The notes beneath the pieces are model-generated. The model saw only the letters and a program-made list of their open reading frames with translations, was not told the origin of the DNA and searched no databases. The position numbers and the translations under genes are program-made. A stretch of 64,000 nucleotides of DNA from Macrostomum lignano (Eukaryota), in the NCBI GenBank assembly GCA_002269645.1, contig NIVC01000092.1, forward strand, positions 496,001 to 560,000, read 5' to 3'. Every line of letters begins with the position of its first letter. The stretch's first letter is position 1. This document shows, piece by piece, positions 36,163 through 49,900 of this stretch.

Positions 36163-39100
36163 TGTAGCCAGCAACTCTGGCTTGTTATTGCGACTGTTAG
36201 TACGTTAACCACTCAAAAAGGTGGAGAAATATAATGTGGCTGTGCCTGTATATTTATTGTCTGGTCACAGATTTCCGATTCATTGAGCGCGCGTTAGGAT
36301 GTGCTCGAGCAGAGAGAAGTGGATAGGCTGGGTGGGGGTCACGGAGTGCAAACTAGGTGCCCGAACTGCCTGCCTGCGCATCTAGCTACATCCCTCGTCT
36401 GGTGGATTGGAACCCGGGGTGGGGAATTGGGTTACAACATTGGGTTCATGTTACGCGCGATCGAGCACTCAGTGTCAGTCATTAGAGTCAATGATCAGTC
36501 CTTGCTGCTGTTCCGCCAGCTGTCAGATGTCCGGAGCCTTTCGCCGGTCGCCCTCTTCGTAGCGTTTCGGCGTCTTCTTGGCCTGTCGGGGGTGCGGCCT
36601 GTTGGCGAGCGGGCCGTCGGCCTGGTTGACGGTTGGCTCGGCAGGCCGGTTGGTTCATCCGGCCGGCTGTTCTGTCCGCTGTCGCGTTCCCCGGGGCCAC
36701 TCGGCCACTCGTCGTCGGCTACCTAGGAGACTCATCAACGGGACGGTAGTGGCGCAACCTGGGGATCGTGTCGTTGAGCTGTCGGCCGAATAGCAGGTCG
36801 GCTGGGGCCATGCCGGTTGATGCGTGCGGTGTTCGCCGGTATGCGACCAGGTAGTCGTCCAGTGCCACCTGCCAGTCGCTGCCTTCCAGGATCGCCGCGC
36901 TCTGATTGCCTTATTGAGGCTTCGGTTGCATTGCTCTACGAGTCCGTTGGCTTTCGGATGTAACGACTTAGTCCGATGGTGGTGGACGCCCTGGCTGCGC
37001 AAGAAGGCGTTGAGTTATGCAGACGAGAATGGTGGGTGAGAATGGCGATGAGAATGCTGAGCCACTGGCGGAGGGTTCGGATGACCGGAGCTGCCGCTGT
37101 CGACCCCGACATTGTCTGTACCAGTGGGAAACGTGAAAAGTAGTCGGTGCACACCAGCAGCATGTGACCTCTGATGGGTCCCAGGAAGTCCAGGCCCAGC
37201 TCTAGCCACAGCCCCTGCGGCAGCTCAGTCGGCTGGAGTCGGGGTGTCTTCAGTTCGGCTGTGTTCGTGCAGGCTTTGCAGCTGAGGCAGGAGTTTACAA
37301 AGTTCTCGACGGAGGCCCGCATTGAGGGCCACCAGACCTTTGTCCGGAGGCGTGCCAATGTTTTCTGGACACCCAGGTGGCCTTGGTGCGCCAGCTGCAG
37401 GCAGCGGTAGCGCAGAATGGCGGGAACGACGATTTGGTGCCCTTTGAGCAGGAGTCCGTCGTGTTGTGAGAGCTCGTGCCGCAAGCCGTGCAGGCTGCGC
37501 GTGTCGTGGCTATCGAGTTCCCACCGATGGGACCGGAGCCTGGATACGGCGGCTTGGATCGCCTTGTCGCCTGCGGCGGCAACCTTGATCGTGTCGAGGC
37601 TGATGATGTTCGGCGCTGCTGCCTGTGCTGTCATTGCGATGTAGGCCGTGTCGAGGTCCTCGCCCTCGTTGTTCGGCGGTGTTGGACGTGGCTGGCGGCT
37701 CAGGACATCTGCCGTGTTGTCTGCGCCCAGCTGGTAGGTGACTTCGAAGTGGAGATCCTGCAGCCGAAGTGCCATACGCTCGATCCGCGGCGGGGGCCGC
37801 GAGCCGGGGCTGAGCAGGCTGACCAGCGGCTTGTGGTCGGTGATGACCTTGAACTTTGGGCAGCCGCTAAGGTAGTGGTGGAACTTGAGGCAGCCGAATT
37901 TGACGGCCAGCGCCTAGCTCCCTCTCTGTCTGAGAGTAGCGCTGCTCGGTGTCACTGAGGCTGCGGCTGGCATAGGCGATTGGCCTGGTGAGGCCGCCAG
38001 GTTGCACCTGGGCGAGGATCGCCCCGAGGCCGGTCGGGCTGGCGTCGACGATCAACCTGGTCTCGCAGTTCTTGTTGAAGAAGGCAAGCGTCGTGCTGTG
38101 AGCGATCGACTGCTTGATTGACTGAAAGGCTGAGGCTTGCTGTGAGCCCCCACGACCATTTCACGCTCTTCTTGGTCAGCTCTCGAAGTTGCCTCGCTTT
38201 GTCGGCGAGGTTTGGGATGAAGCGGGCTACGAATGTGACGAGCCCGATCAAGGACCGCACCTCCGTTGCATTTTCTGGTCGCTTGAAGTTGGCCACAGCC
38301 TCCAGCTTTTCCTCGGTCGGTTGGATTCCGGCCGCCGAGAGGCGCATGGCCAGGAAGTCGGCCTGCTGGGTTGCAATGCGGCATTTGCGGGGGTTCAGAG
38401 TCACGTTGTGTTGGCGCAGCCTGTCGAGGCAGTTGCGCAGCCTCTCGTTGTGCTCCTTTATGGTGCTGGCGAAGATAATGATGTCGTCGTGGACCCACCG
38501 CACGCCTCTCAAACCGCTCAGGATAGATGTCATGACGCGCTGTAGGATTTCCGATGCTGAGGTAAATCCCATGCAAAGGTGCTTGAGGCGGAGCAGGCCC
38601 AGAGGCGTTGAGAAAGTGAGCAGCTGCCGGGAATCCTCGCTGACCTCGATCTGGTGGAAGGCCTTGGCAACGTCTAGTTCGGAGAAAATAGGTGGAGCCG
38701 GCCATCTCGTCGGTGACTTCTTCGAATGTCAGTATTGGCTGTTTTTCTGGGATGACGTACTTATTGACGTCCCTCACTCAGGTCCTGCGTGATGCGGATC
38801 TCGCCTGGCGAGGCCTTTGGAACGACCACCATGCGTGAACTCCAAGCGCTGAGCCCCATCACTCTGGTTCCTCTGGCTCAGGCTCTGCCATGTTGATGCG
38901 TGCGCGGCCGCTTAAGCACGCCTTCGCCAGGTGGTGCAGCTTGCCGCAGTTGCTGCAGCGCTTGCCTCTCATTTGTCTGGCATTTGTCGGCCGGGCTGGC
39001 TGGCGGGCGCCTTGCGGGGCGCTTGTCGCGAGCCGCATGCACTTCTTCAGCTGGTCCGGCTTCCTAGCGCTCCATGATTGCTGGCTGGCTGCTTCGTTTG

Positions 39101-39812
39101 TTCTCGCGAGCTGGAGGGCCTCGGGGGGGGGGGCTGATGTTGGGCACGTTGAGCAGCCGCTTTTGGAGGGATTCGCTGCGGCAGCAGCTGCGACGATCTG
39201 GTCGCGGATGCGGGACTGACGCAGCTCGCCGAACTGGCAGGCCTCAGCCGCGTTGCACAGTCGATTGTACCAGCTGTTGATGGCTTCCCCGTCCAGCTGC
39301 GTGCACTGGCGGAATTGGTACCGGGTGAACACCACATTGTCGCGTCCTTGAATGTGCTGAGTTAGCGCCGCTATGAGTGAGTCGAGCGTTTGCTGCTCCG
39401 GCTGATCAGTGGCGGGACGCGAGTCTGAGATCTTTTTAAAGATGTCTGCAACCTCTTTTCCCGCGGTGTACAGGAGGATTTCCTGCTTCTGGGCGTCGTC
39501 CGAGATTCCTGATGCTGTCAGGAATATCGCTTTAGTGTGGTGGCCCACTCTGTCCAGCGCTTGCTGACGGTTTGGGGGTCCGCACTGATGCTGAATGCGG
39601 ATGGCGGCTGTAGCTGTAGTAGCGCCATTGGGTTCTGGCTTACGACGCCAAAGTAGCGAGCAACTCTGGCTGCATGGTTATTGCGAGTGTTAGTTAGCCA
39701 CTCAAAAAGGTGGAGAAATAGAATGTGGCTGTGCCTGTATATTTATTGTCTGGTCACAGATTTCCGGTTCATTGAGTGCGCGTTAGTATGTGCTCGAGCA
39801 GAGCGAAGTGGA
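36163..39812 (-). mobile_element. Gypsy/Ty3 LTR retrotransposon, degenerate: gag (about 39626-38870), RT-RNaseH (about 38800-37800), integrase (37775 to about 36800); protease region missing
   Basis: RT YxDD-type VHDDIII, RNaseH VDASPTGLGAILAQ/YASRSL, and integrase HQGHLG/KVWWP/LDFLGP/DYFSRF motifs, with several frameshifts. A 161-bp direct repeat (36163-36323 and 39652-39812) represents LTR sequence. A TGGCGTCG PBS-like site follows the 5' LTR on the minus strand. Confidence 0.92.
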
Positions 39813-41821
39813 ATAATCCCTGCAATAATCCCTGGAAATCCTGAAATCCCTGTCAGACATCCTCAGATCCAAAACCCAAAACTCAACATGAGCTTTAAGC
39901 TGTTCAATTATCTAGTAAAAAAGATCAAGCAAGGACCACTATAGTAAAGGTAATGTTGCACATTGAAGATTCCTGTTTGAAACACCGTAAACTTCAAAAA
40001 AAACAACAAAACATAGCTACTGTTTTCAAATTTACGTAAAAACTAAATAAAGTAAGTTCAATTTAACAGGAATAATATAATAAAAAAAGCTTTTATACAA
40101 TAATAAACATTTACTTCTTATACACATTTTCAGCAAATTCGCGGAAGTTTACTGAGCTGACCCTGCCCGTTGTGAGTCGCTCACTCTGACATAATGGTTT
40201 AGCTGTCTTACTAATTTTAATTCCTGCTCTTGGAGCTCTCGTGTTGTGCTACTTACGTCAACTATGATCTGTGCATTAATTTTGAATGGATCCACTTTTA
40301 ATATACTTAAACTAATGCTTTAATAATATTAAGGCAGGCGGGACCAAACAGGGTATAGGCCCTAACTCACACTTCTACAGGTTAATCTGCATGAATGAAA
40401 TAAAAATTGTAGGCCTACCTGGGGTATGCGCCTGAACTTCAAAAATAAAAAATCTTATTCCATAAACAAAAAATAAATTATCTAATGTTTATGTTGAAAA
40501 TTAAATGAATTCACCCACAGGCACAGGCTAAAGCCAAGGTCAAAGCCTCAAACTCAAAGCCCTCAAAGGCAAATTCTTACCTTTTAAATTTTGTCCAAAC
40601 TAATTCCAATGACTATGTACTTTTAAATTTTCTTTTAGCCAACATATAACTAGGCTCAACTAGTCATATGGTGTAGGCCCTTACTATATATATAATATAC
40701 TTTTGTGTTTAGTGATCTTGTCTACTATTTTTTTGTTTGCTAATAGATAAAACAACATTTTATAATATAGTGACCTAACTTTTTATAATTATAGCATAAT
40801 ATAAGAGACAACAACTTTTTGCCAAATAAATAAGATCTAGGTCAGAACTAGCTATATAGAATAGGATAAACTTAGGAACTGGTTAGGGTCTACTTTATTA
40901 ATAAGTCAGTTCAGTGACATTCATTTTAGTGACAGGTTATTTCAGTGCCAAATGTGTATAAGCATTATGTTGTGTTTGTTTAAAAGCTTTTATTTGTGTT
41001 TGTTAAATTTTAAAATTGGTTATATATTAGGCTTAATAAAACTGACTTAAAATTTTATACAAATATAAATCATCAGCTTTTTTATGTTTATATTTTTGTC
41101 TGAATTTCATTGGTAGAGCATCCAAAAAAGACTTGGCCAACTCCTGAATATAGACTACACATGTGATATTATATTAGACTACATAAGACATTGTTGGATG
41201 CAAGAATTTCTCCCAAAAATAGCATCTTTGAAGTATAGACTATAGGTGACAAGGTAAATTTATAATTATAATACAATACAAGTGTATTTAGATTGATAAA
41301 ACTCATTGAAAAAACATAGACAAAAGAATTATAGTTACTTTGATAATAGTAAAAAGTTTATATTGATAAAATACTTTAAATTTTTCAATTTTTTACTTCT
41401 TAAAGTTTATATTAATAAAGTACATTAGATTTTCTGATTCTTTTGAAATTTTCATCAGATACTTGATGGGGGGAATGCCCAAAATAATAAAAAGCAAAAA
41501 ATCACCAAAAAACTATATTCAATAGTGATGCAACCTAGGTATATTAATCCTGTGGTGTCAATTAATTCAATAAAAATTCTTTCAATGAATTTTATATTTT
41601 AATAAAAATAAACATTTTTAAATAAAAACTGAAGTTAATGTGTTTTATGAATATAAAATTATTAAATCACAAGTAATATTAACAGTTATTAAATTATAGT
41701 GTACAGTGCATAAAATGACTTCATCAAATTTTATATTGAGTTTTGTTACAATGTAAAATAATTAACACATCGTGGTTTCCTCTTTTTTAAATTTGGCACA
41801 TCCATGATGCACTGCTGGATA

Positions 41822-42122
41822 GTCATTGACCTTATTGGTAAGGTCCACCCCTTTTCCTTTAAGTCTAGAATTTATCAACACCTTTGTGAATAGGTCTCTA
41901 ATCCTCTATTCAAGTTTGTCAATAAAATCAACCCCCATCAAGGATCCCCACCCTAACCCCCCCATTCCTTTGGTCATTGACCTTTTGATAGGCCCTAGGG
42001 TCTACCTATCCCCCCAAGTCTGAAATTTATCAACACCATCTTGAATAGGTCTCTATGCCTCTACTCAAGTTTATGTTGATAAAATCAACCCAATGAAGAA
42101 TTTCCCCACCCTAAAACCCCTA
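41822..42122. repeat. Diverged tandem dimer of about 150 bp
   Basis: GTCATTGACCTT...ATTTATCAACACC...GAATAGGTCTCT...ATAAAATCAACCC...CCCCACCCTAA occurs twice, at 41822 and 41973. Confidence 0.8.
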
Positions 42123-43374
42123 TTCCCCATGCCCAAGTAGTTGGTTTTAAGCTACATATAGTTAGGTTGAAGCTACTAAAAAAGAAACTTAAATTTGAAA
42201 TCAGCACTATCAAAAACCTCTAAAGAAACTTAATTATGATCCTTTCAAAATTGCAACTAATTTATCAATATAAACTTAAAGAAGTCCTAGTTTGGTAACA
42301 GGTTAGGCCCTACTTTGGTGCCAAATATGTGTATGTCATAGTCAGGAAGAAGGTATGTACATTAGAAATTTCCAGGGTATGCTCAAGAAATTGGGTATAT
42401 ATGTTGGAGTACAAAAAGTGATTTTGGGCTTTTAGTGTATATGTTTAGTATTTTGGTATATAACAAATACCAAAAATTAAAAAATGTATATTATTAATAA
42501 GTCACAATAGTTGTCCATGCATATATAATGCTTATATAATAAAATTTTACAACTATTTAATGCAAAACAGACTTTTATATTTTTTACAAGATTTTGTTTT
42601 TGTTTGTTATATATGTGTTTTAAGTTTTTCAAGTTTGTCTAATTGAAATTAAATATCAAAATCACTCATCTAGTGGTAACATTTCAAAAATGACAATTTG
42701 GAGCTTTGTGTAAGGTAAATGCATTCAGCATACATCAAATTTGGTTATCTTTTTTTGTGGGGTATATAGTGTTCCAGACTATGGTGTATATAGAGCATTT
42801 ACTTCATTATCCATTATTCATACATTTTTATGAGTATTTGTTTTTTATAAAGGTGACTGGAAACACATGCAGTTTTCCTTGTACACTCAAGAACATCATC
42901 AAGTTCTCTAATATGTATTTCAAATTAGATTGCACAGAGTTTTTATTGCATCCATTGCATGAATTAAATGCCAATTGCATGTACATATGTCAAGTAAGCT
43001 GTGTATAGAATATAACATTAAGATCAATTCTCAGTTAACAATTTAAAATGTATTTAGAATATAATGTTAAGATAAAATCTGAGTATTTTGACCTAGGATC
43101 CCAAATTGGCACCCAGTTTTTTCAGGCTGAATTCCATTTCCTTTTAAGCATCAGTTCCAAATGCTTTATTACTGTGAGCCAGAGGCTCAGCAGTGCAAAG
43201 GGTATCTAGTAGGCTACAGCCCCCAATTGATAGAGACATTGGTATTTTTCAGCCGATGCCATCTGGCATCCTAGGTTTTTGAATGGCACTGTGATTGTAT
43301 CGCCTGATAAAAATTCCATAATATGCATTGTCTCCACCGTTTGATGCTCTGAAGCATTAATCCAAGCTGCAAAA

Positions 43375-46300
43375 ATGACTATGCAAAGTCGCACCTCAAC
43401 AATAACATCGACCACTACCAGCGGTCACCTTAAATGGGACCCCAAAAATCTCGAAATTCGTACTAAAAGCGTCGAACGAACCCTGGAACCGTTGGTTACC
43501 CAGGTAACTACGCTAATTAATTTTCGCGCCCCTAGCAACCGGCGCAAAGGCCGGTCCAAGCGGGCCATGGTGCTGGTGGCGGCGGTGCAGCAGGCCACGG
43601 AGGACTTCATTCGCAAGGGCCAGGAGATTGCCGACGAGAATCCGGACGTCCGGGCTGAAATGCTCACCGCTATTGAAGATGTTCGCCGAACTGGCGACGA
43701 CATGTACGCCGCCTCGAGCGAGTTCGCCGGGGAGCCCTGCTCGGCTAGCCGACGGGCCACTATGGTTCGAGCGGCTCGAGCCCTGCTCAGTGCGGTCACG
43801 AGACTGCTCATTCTGGCCGATATGGTCGATGTGTACCTGCTGCTGCGCAGTCTGAGGATTGTGAGTTCGGTTATGTTAGCACAAAACTATTTTCACTGGG
43901 TTGTTAGGGTTGTTGGCGGACCAAACTATTGCATTGGGTTGTTGAGGACCGGCGGCCCAAACTATTGCATTGGGTTGTTGAGGACCGGCGGCCCAAACTA
44001 TTGCATTGGGTTGTTGAGGACCGGCGGCCCAAACTATTGCATTGGGTTGTTGAGGACCGGCGGCCCAAACTATTGCATTGGGTTGTTGAGGACCGGCGGC
44101 CCAAACTATTGCATTGGGTTGTTGAGGACCGGCGGCCCAAACTATTGCATTGGGTTGTTGAGGACCGGCGGCCCAAACTATTGCATTGGGTTGTTGAGGA
44201 CCGGCGGCCCAAACTATTGCATTGGGTTGTTGAGGACCGGCGGCCCAAACTATTGCATTGGGTTGTTGAGGACCGGCGGCCCAAACTATTGCATTGGGTT
44301 GTTGAGGACCGGCGGCCCAAACTATTGCATTGGGTTGTTGAGGACCAGCGGCCCAAACTAGACTGGGTTGTTTAGAACCAACGGAATTGTTTATTTACTT
44401 GTTTAATTATTTACCAAGCAGTCGCTTATCTTTAAATTATGTCACAGGTGGAGACGGACCTGGAGCACCTACGTGAGACATCTAACCAGAGCGACCTGAC
44501 TCGCTGCTTCGAGAGCTACGGCGATCACACTGTTGAATTGAACGAACGCGCCTGTCGCCGTCAGGTTGATCTGATTGATCCGCGCCGTCGCGACGAGATC
44601 GCCGCCGCCAGGGCCACCCTGATGCGCATCAACCCCATGCTGCTGACCGCTTCTAAGGTTTGTTGCGTGCTTTGGATTTTGGAAGGCTATGGGATCTAAT
44701 ATTGATGTTGTGGAATCTGATATTTAGGCTATGGGATCTGATATTGAGGCTGTGGGATCTGATATTGAGGCTGTGGGATCTGATTTTGAGGCTATGGGAT
44801 CTGATATTGAGGCTATGGGATCTGATTTTGAGGCTATGGGATCTGATTTTGAGGCTATGGGATCTGATATTGAGGCTATGGGATCTGATATTGAGGCTAT
44901 GGGATCTGATTTTGAGGCTATGGGATCTGATTTTGAGGCTATGGGATCTGATTTTGAGGCTATGGGATCTGATTTTGAGGCTATGGGATCTGATATTGAG
45001 GCTATGGAATCTGATATTTAGGCTATGGGATCTGATATTGAGGCTATGGGATCTAATATTGAGGCTATGGGATCTGATTTTGAGGCTATGGGATCTGATA
45101 TTGAGGCTATGGGATCTGGTATTGAGGCTATGGGATCTGATTTTGATGCTTTGGGATCTGATATTGATGCTTTGGAATCTGATATTGATGCTATGAGATC
45201 TGATATTGATGCTTTGGAATCTGATATTGATGCTATGGGATCTGATATTGAGGCTATGGAATCTGATATTGATGCTATGAGATCTGATATTGATGCTATG
45301 GGGTCTGATATTGATGCTATGGGATCTGGTATTGATGCTTTGGGATCTGATATTGATGCTATGGGATCTGATATTGAGGCTATGGAATCTGATATTGATG
45401 CTATGAGATCTGATATTGATGCTACGGGATCTGATATTGATGCTACGGGATCTGATATTGAGGCTACTGAGGCTAATTAGTTTCAGTTTTTAGGTCATAG
45501 CACGAGTATCTCTAATGATTCAAATCTCTAGCCCCACGCCTTCACTGCAGGTGTACATCCGCCACCCGGATCTTGGCTCGGCCGTTGAGAATCGCGACTT
45601 CGCTTTCCAACAGGTGGCCGACGCAATCAACATAATTAGCGGGGCCACCCAGGCCACTGGCAGTTCGGAGCCCCTCGAGTACGAGGGACCTGGCGAGCTG
45701 GCAGCCGCGTTGGAGGAATTCGAGAAAAAGGTTTGAATGAGTTTAATTCGGGATCTGAGCTTGAGGTTTATGGGGATGAGATTGGGGTTTTTATGGATCT
45801 GAGCTTGAGGTTTATGGGGATGAGATTGGGGTTTTTAGGGATCTGAGCTTGAGGTTTATGGGGACGAGATTGGGCTTTATGGGGATCTGAGATTGGGGTT
45901 TATGGGGATCTGAGATTGGGGTTTATGAGGATCTGATATTGGCGTACGGGGATCTGAGCTTGAAAATTAAGATTACTAGGGATCTGAGGTTGGGAATAAT
46001 GAGTATCTGGGCTTGAGATATGAATAATTGGAAATCTGAGCTTGGAGTTAATGGTAGTTAGAGATTGACAATAATAGGGATCTGAGTAGCAGATTATTGA
46101 GGACCTGAGCATCAGATTAATGAGGATCTGAGCATCAGATTAATGAGGATCTGAGCATCAGATTAATGAGGATCTAAGCATCAGATTAATGAGGATCTGA
46201 GCATCAGATTAATGAGGATCTAAGCATCAGATTAATGGAGATTTAAGCATCAGATTAATGGGGATCTGAACTTAAGATTAGTTTTTATCTGAGATTGAGG

Positions 46301-46755
46301 TTAGTCGGAATCTGAGCTTAGGGTTAATAGGATCAGCAGAGCTACCTTCTCCATATCCCAGGTGCTGATCGATCCGCACGAATACGTGGAAAGCCGGGTC
46401 CGGCCATTCCTAGAGGAGCGCCTGGAGCACATCATCAGCGGCGCCGCCCTGCTGGCCGACAGCCCGTGCACCCGGCCGGACAGGCGCGATCGGATTGTCG
46501 GCCAGTGTCAGTCGGTGCGCCAGGCTCTGCAGGATCTGCTGTCCGAGCTTGGCCGAAGCGCCGGCCGGCCGGACAGATCGCAGGCTTTGAACGAATCCGT
46601 GCGCAGCTTGCTTAACGGCACCGACCGGCTGCGGCACGAGCTGCGGCAGGCCGTTGTGGATCACGTGTCCGACAACTATCTGGGCGTTGAAGGCCCGCTG
46701 GACATGATTCTCAATGCTGCGCGCGAGGGCAAGGAGGCCCAGGTTAGTGGCTTAC

Positions 46756-46788
<33 letters not shown>

Positions 46789-46953
46789 AAAAACAGACAG
46801 AAAGACAGACAGACAGACAGGCAGACAGACAGACAGACAGGCAGGCAGACAGACAGACAGACAAACAAGACAGACAGACAGGCAGACAGACGCTAAGACA
46901 GACAGACAGACAGACAGAGACAGACGCTAAGACAGACAGACAGACAGACGCTA

Positions 46954-46988
<35 letters not shown>

Positions 46989-49900
46989 GACATCTCCCAT
47001 CTCATACCTACAGGTAGAAGCCCTGGCCATCTTGTTCCACGAGCACGTGACCAAGCTGACGGAGGTTGGCCAGCTCGCCTGCTCAATGAGCAGCGAGGAC
47101 TCGGTGAAACTCGTCCGCAAAGCCGCCGGCCAGGTGGACCTGATCAGCGCCGAGGTGCTCAACGCCGCCCGGTCCCTGTCTCTCCGTCCGCAGTCGCGCG
47201 TTGCCCAAGAGAATCTCGAAGTGTTTGTCGGCGCCTGGCGCGACGCCATCGACCTGCTGACCCTGGCGGTTGACGAGATCACCAACATTGAAGACTTCCT
47301 GGCCGTGTCCGAGGGCCACATCTGGGAGGATGTGCAGATGTGTTTGCAAGCTGCCTCGGAGTCTAAGCCAGGTGAATACCGAAAATATGAGTCTTCTCTT
47401 ATTGATTGTATTTTAATCAAAAGAGACGAGTTTTGAACAGCTTGGCTTGCAGTCTGAGGGAGGGAGAGTGGCAGAGCTTGGAATTGCGGGCGATCCGATT
47501 AATTTGACTTTTATCGTCTAAGGCCGAAAGCAGCTTGTTGAGGACTAACCCCAAAGGCACACAAAGAATTGCCGTCAGCGCTAGTTTGTGGGACAATATC
47601 GCCGAAGTCGTTGCACCAGGGTGCCCGCAGCCTTCCTGCGAACGTTATCATTATGGATGAAGGAGTACTATGGACTACTTATCTGCAATGTATGTGGCCA
47701 CAATGATCCAAGATCTCAGAAGAGTATCTCTGAATGAATATCTATCATTCATGTGAATATCTACCTTTGTGGTAATGAGATTTTTTTAAGAAATTCATAC
47801 TTTTAGTAGCGAAAATCCAAAGGTAATCCTAAAATACGAGATGCATGAACTGCATAAAGCAGTGCATGAACTACAGACTTGACAGTAGTACATGACACAG
47901 CATAAGCCCGTTGAAAACGTTACCGTGACAAGAATTGCTATCAGATAGAGTCACTGTAAACAGCTCACTAGTGACTCTAGCGGCTCTGGAATCACTCTTG
48001 TGACTTTTTAACGGCTCAAACAACTGTTAAGTCACGAGTTGTAGACTCTTAAAATTCGTCCAAGAGTTGTTGATGTTAGCGCTTAACTTTCTACTGACTC
48101 AGTAGTCTAAATAGAGTTGTTAAAAAATGCGTAATTCAAATCTACTCTTTTGACGCAACTCAGTGATTCTACAGTAACGACTCAGATACGACTCTACGGC
48201 GCCAGAGTCATTATAGAAACGCCTCAGATGCGACTCTTCGGCGCCAGAGTCTTTATAGAAACGCCTCAGATGCGACTCTACGGCGCCAGAGTCATTATAG
48301 AAACGCCTCAGATACGACTCTACGGCGCCAGAGTCATTATAGAAACGCCTCAGATGCGACTCTTCGGCGCCAGAGTCTTTATAGAAACGCCTCAGATGCG
48401 ACTCTACGGCGCCAGAGTCATTATAGAAACGCCTCAGATGCGACTCTACGGCGCCAGAGTCATTATAGAAACGCCTCAGATACGACTCTACGGCGCCAGA
48501 GTCATTATAGAAACGCCTCAGATGCGACTCTACGACGCCAGAGTCATTATAGAAACGCCTCAGATGCGACTCTACGGCGCCAGAGTCATTATAGAAACGC
48601 CTCAGATACGACTCTACGGCGCCAGAGTCATTATAGAAACGCCTCAGATGCGACTCTACGACGCCAGAGTCATTATAGAAACGCCTCAGATGCGACTCTA
48701 CGGCGCCAGAGTCATTATAGAAACGCCTCAGATGCGACTCTACGACGCCAGAGTCATTATAGAAACGCCTCAGATGCGACTCTACGGCGCCAGAGTCATT
48801 ATAGAAACGCCTCAGATGCGACTCTACGACGCCAGAGTCATTATAGAAACGCCTCAGATACAACTCTTCGGCGCCAGAGTCATTATAGAAACGCCTCAGA
48901 TGCGACTCTACGGCGCCAGAGTCATTATAGAAACGCCTCAGATGCGACTCTACGGCGCCAGAGTCATTATAGAAACGCCTCAGATGCGACTCTACGACGC
49001 CAGAGTCATTATAGAAACGCCTCAGATGCGACTCTACGGCGCCAGAGTCATTATAGAAACGCCTCAGATACAACTCTTCGGCGCCAGAGTCATTAAATAA
49101 ACGCCTCAGATGCGACTCTACGGCGCCAAAGTAATTATAGAAACGCCTCAGATGTGACTCTACGGCGCCAGAGTCATTATAGAAACGCCTCAGATACAAC
49201 TCTTCGGCGCCAGAGTCATTATAGAAACGCCTCAGATACAACTCTTCGGCGCCAGAGTCATTATAGAAACGCCTCAGATGCGACTCTACGGCGCCAGAGT
49301 CATTATAGAAACGCCTCAGATGCGACTCTACGGCGCCAGAGTCATTATAGAAACGCCTCAGATACGACTCTACGGCGCCAGAGTCATTATAGAAACGCCT
49401 CAGATGCGACTCTACGGCGCCAGAGTCTTTATAGAAACGCCTCAGATGCGACTCTACGGCGCCAGAGTCATTATAGAAACGCCTCAGAGTTGCAAATTTT
49501 CAAAAGCCTCAAATTAACGCTTTTTAAACTTTTGGTGACCTGTACCGTGACATCTCGTCGTTAATTAGAGTCGTCTTATAGAGTCATTTCTTTCCTATTT
49601 TACCTGTGTTACATGAGATGAGTCTGGGGCTACGCAATTGACTCTGGGACGCTACTTGGTCTCGGTACCTTCTCAGAACCACATGATGAAGCATTAATGA
49701 ATTACCTTTCGTCCGACTTCAGGCGAGGTGCACAAATCTGCTCACAGCATCCGCGGTCGAAGCGGTCGCGTATGCGACGTTGTTGTAGCCGAGATGGCCT
49801 CCTACGAGCCGGGGCCCTACGTTGACCGGGTGAACGAAGCGGTCACGGTGCTACGCGATCGGGTCATTCCGCACTTTGCTGACACAACTGACAACTGCGT

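Noticed and set aside
40000-43300. Hidden gene in the AT-rich region upstream of alpha-catenin
   Set aside because: No GC-rich exon-like segments and no recognisable protein motifs; only short ORFs.
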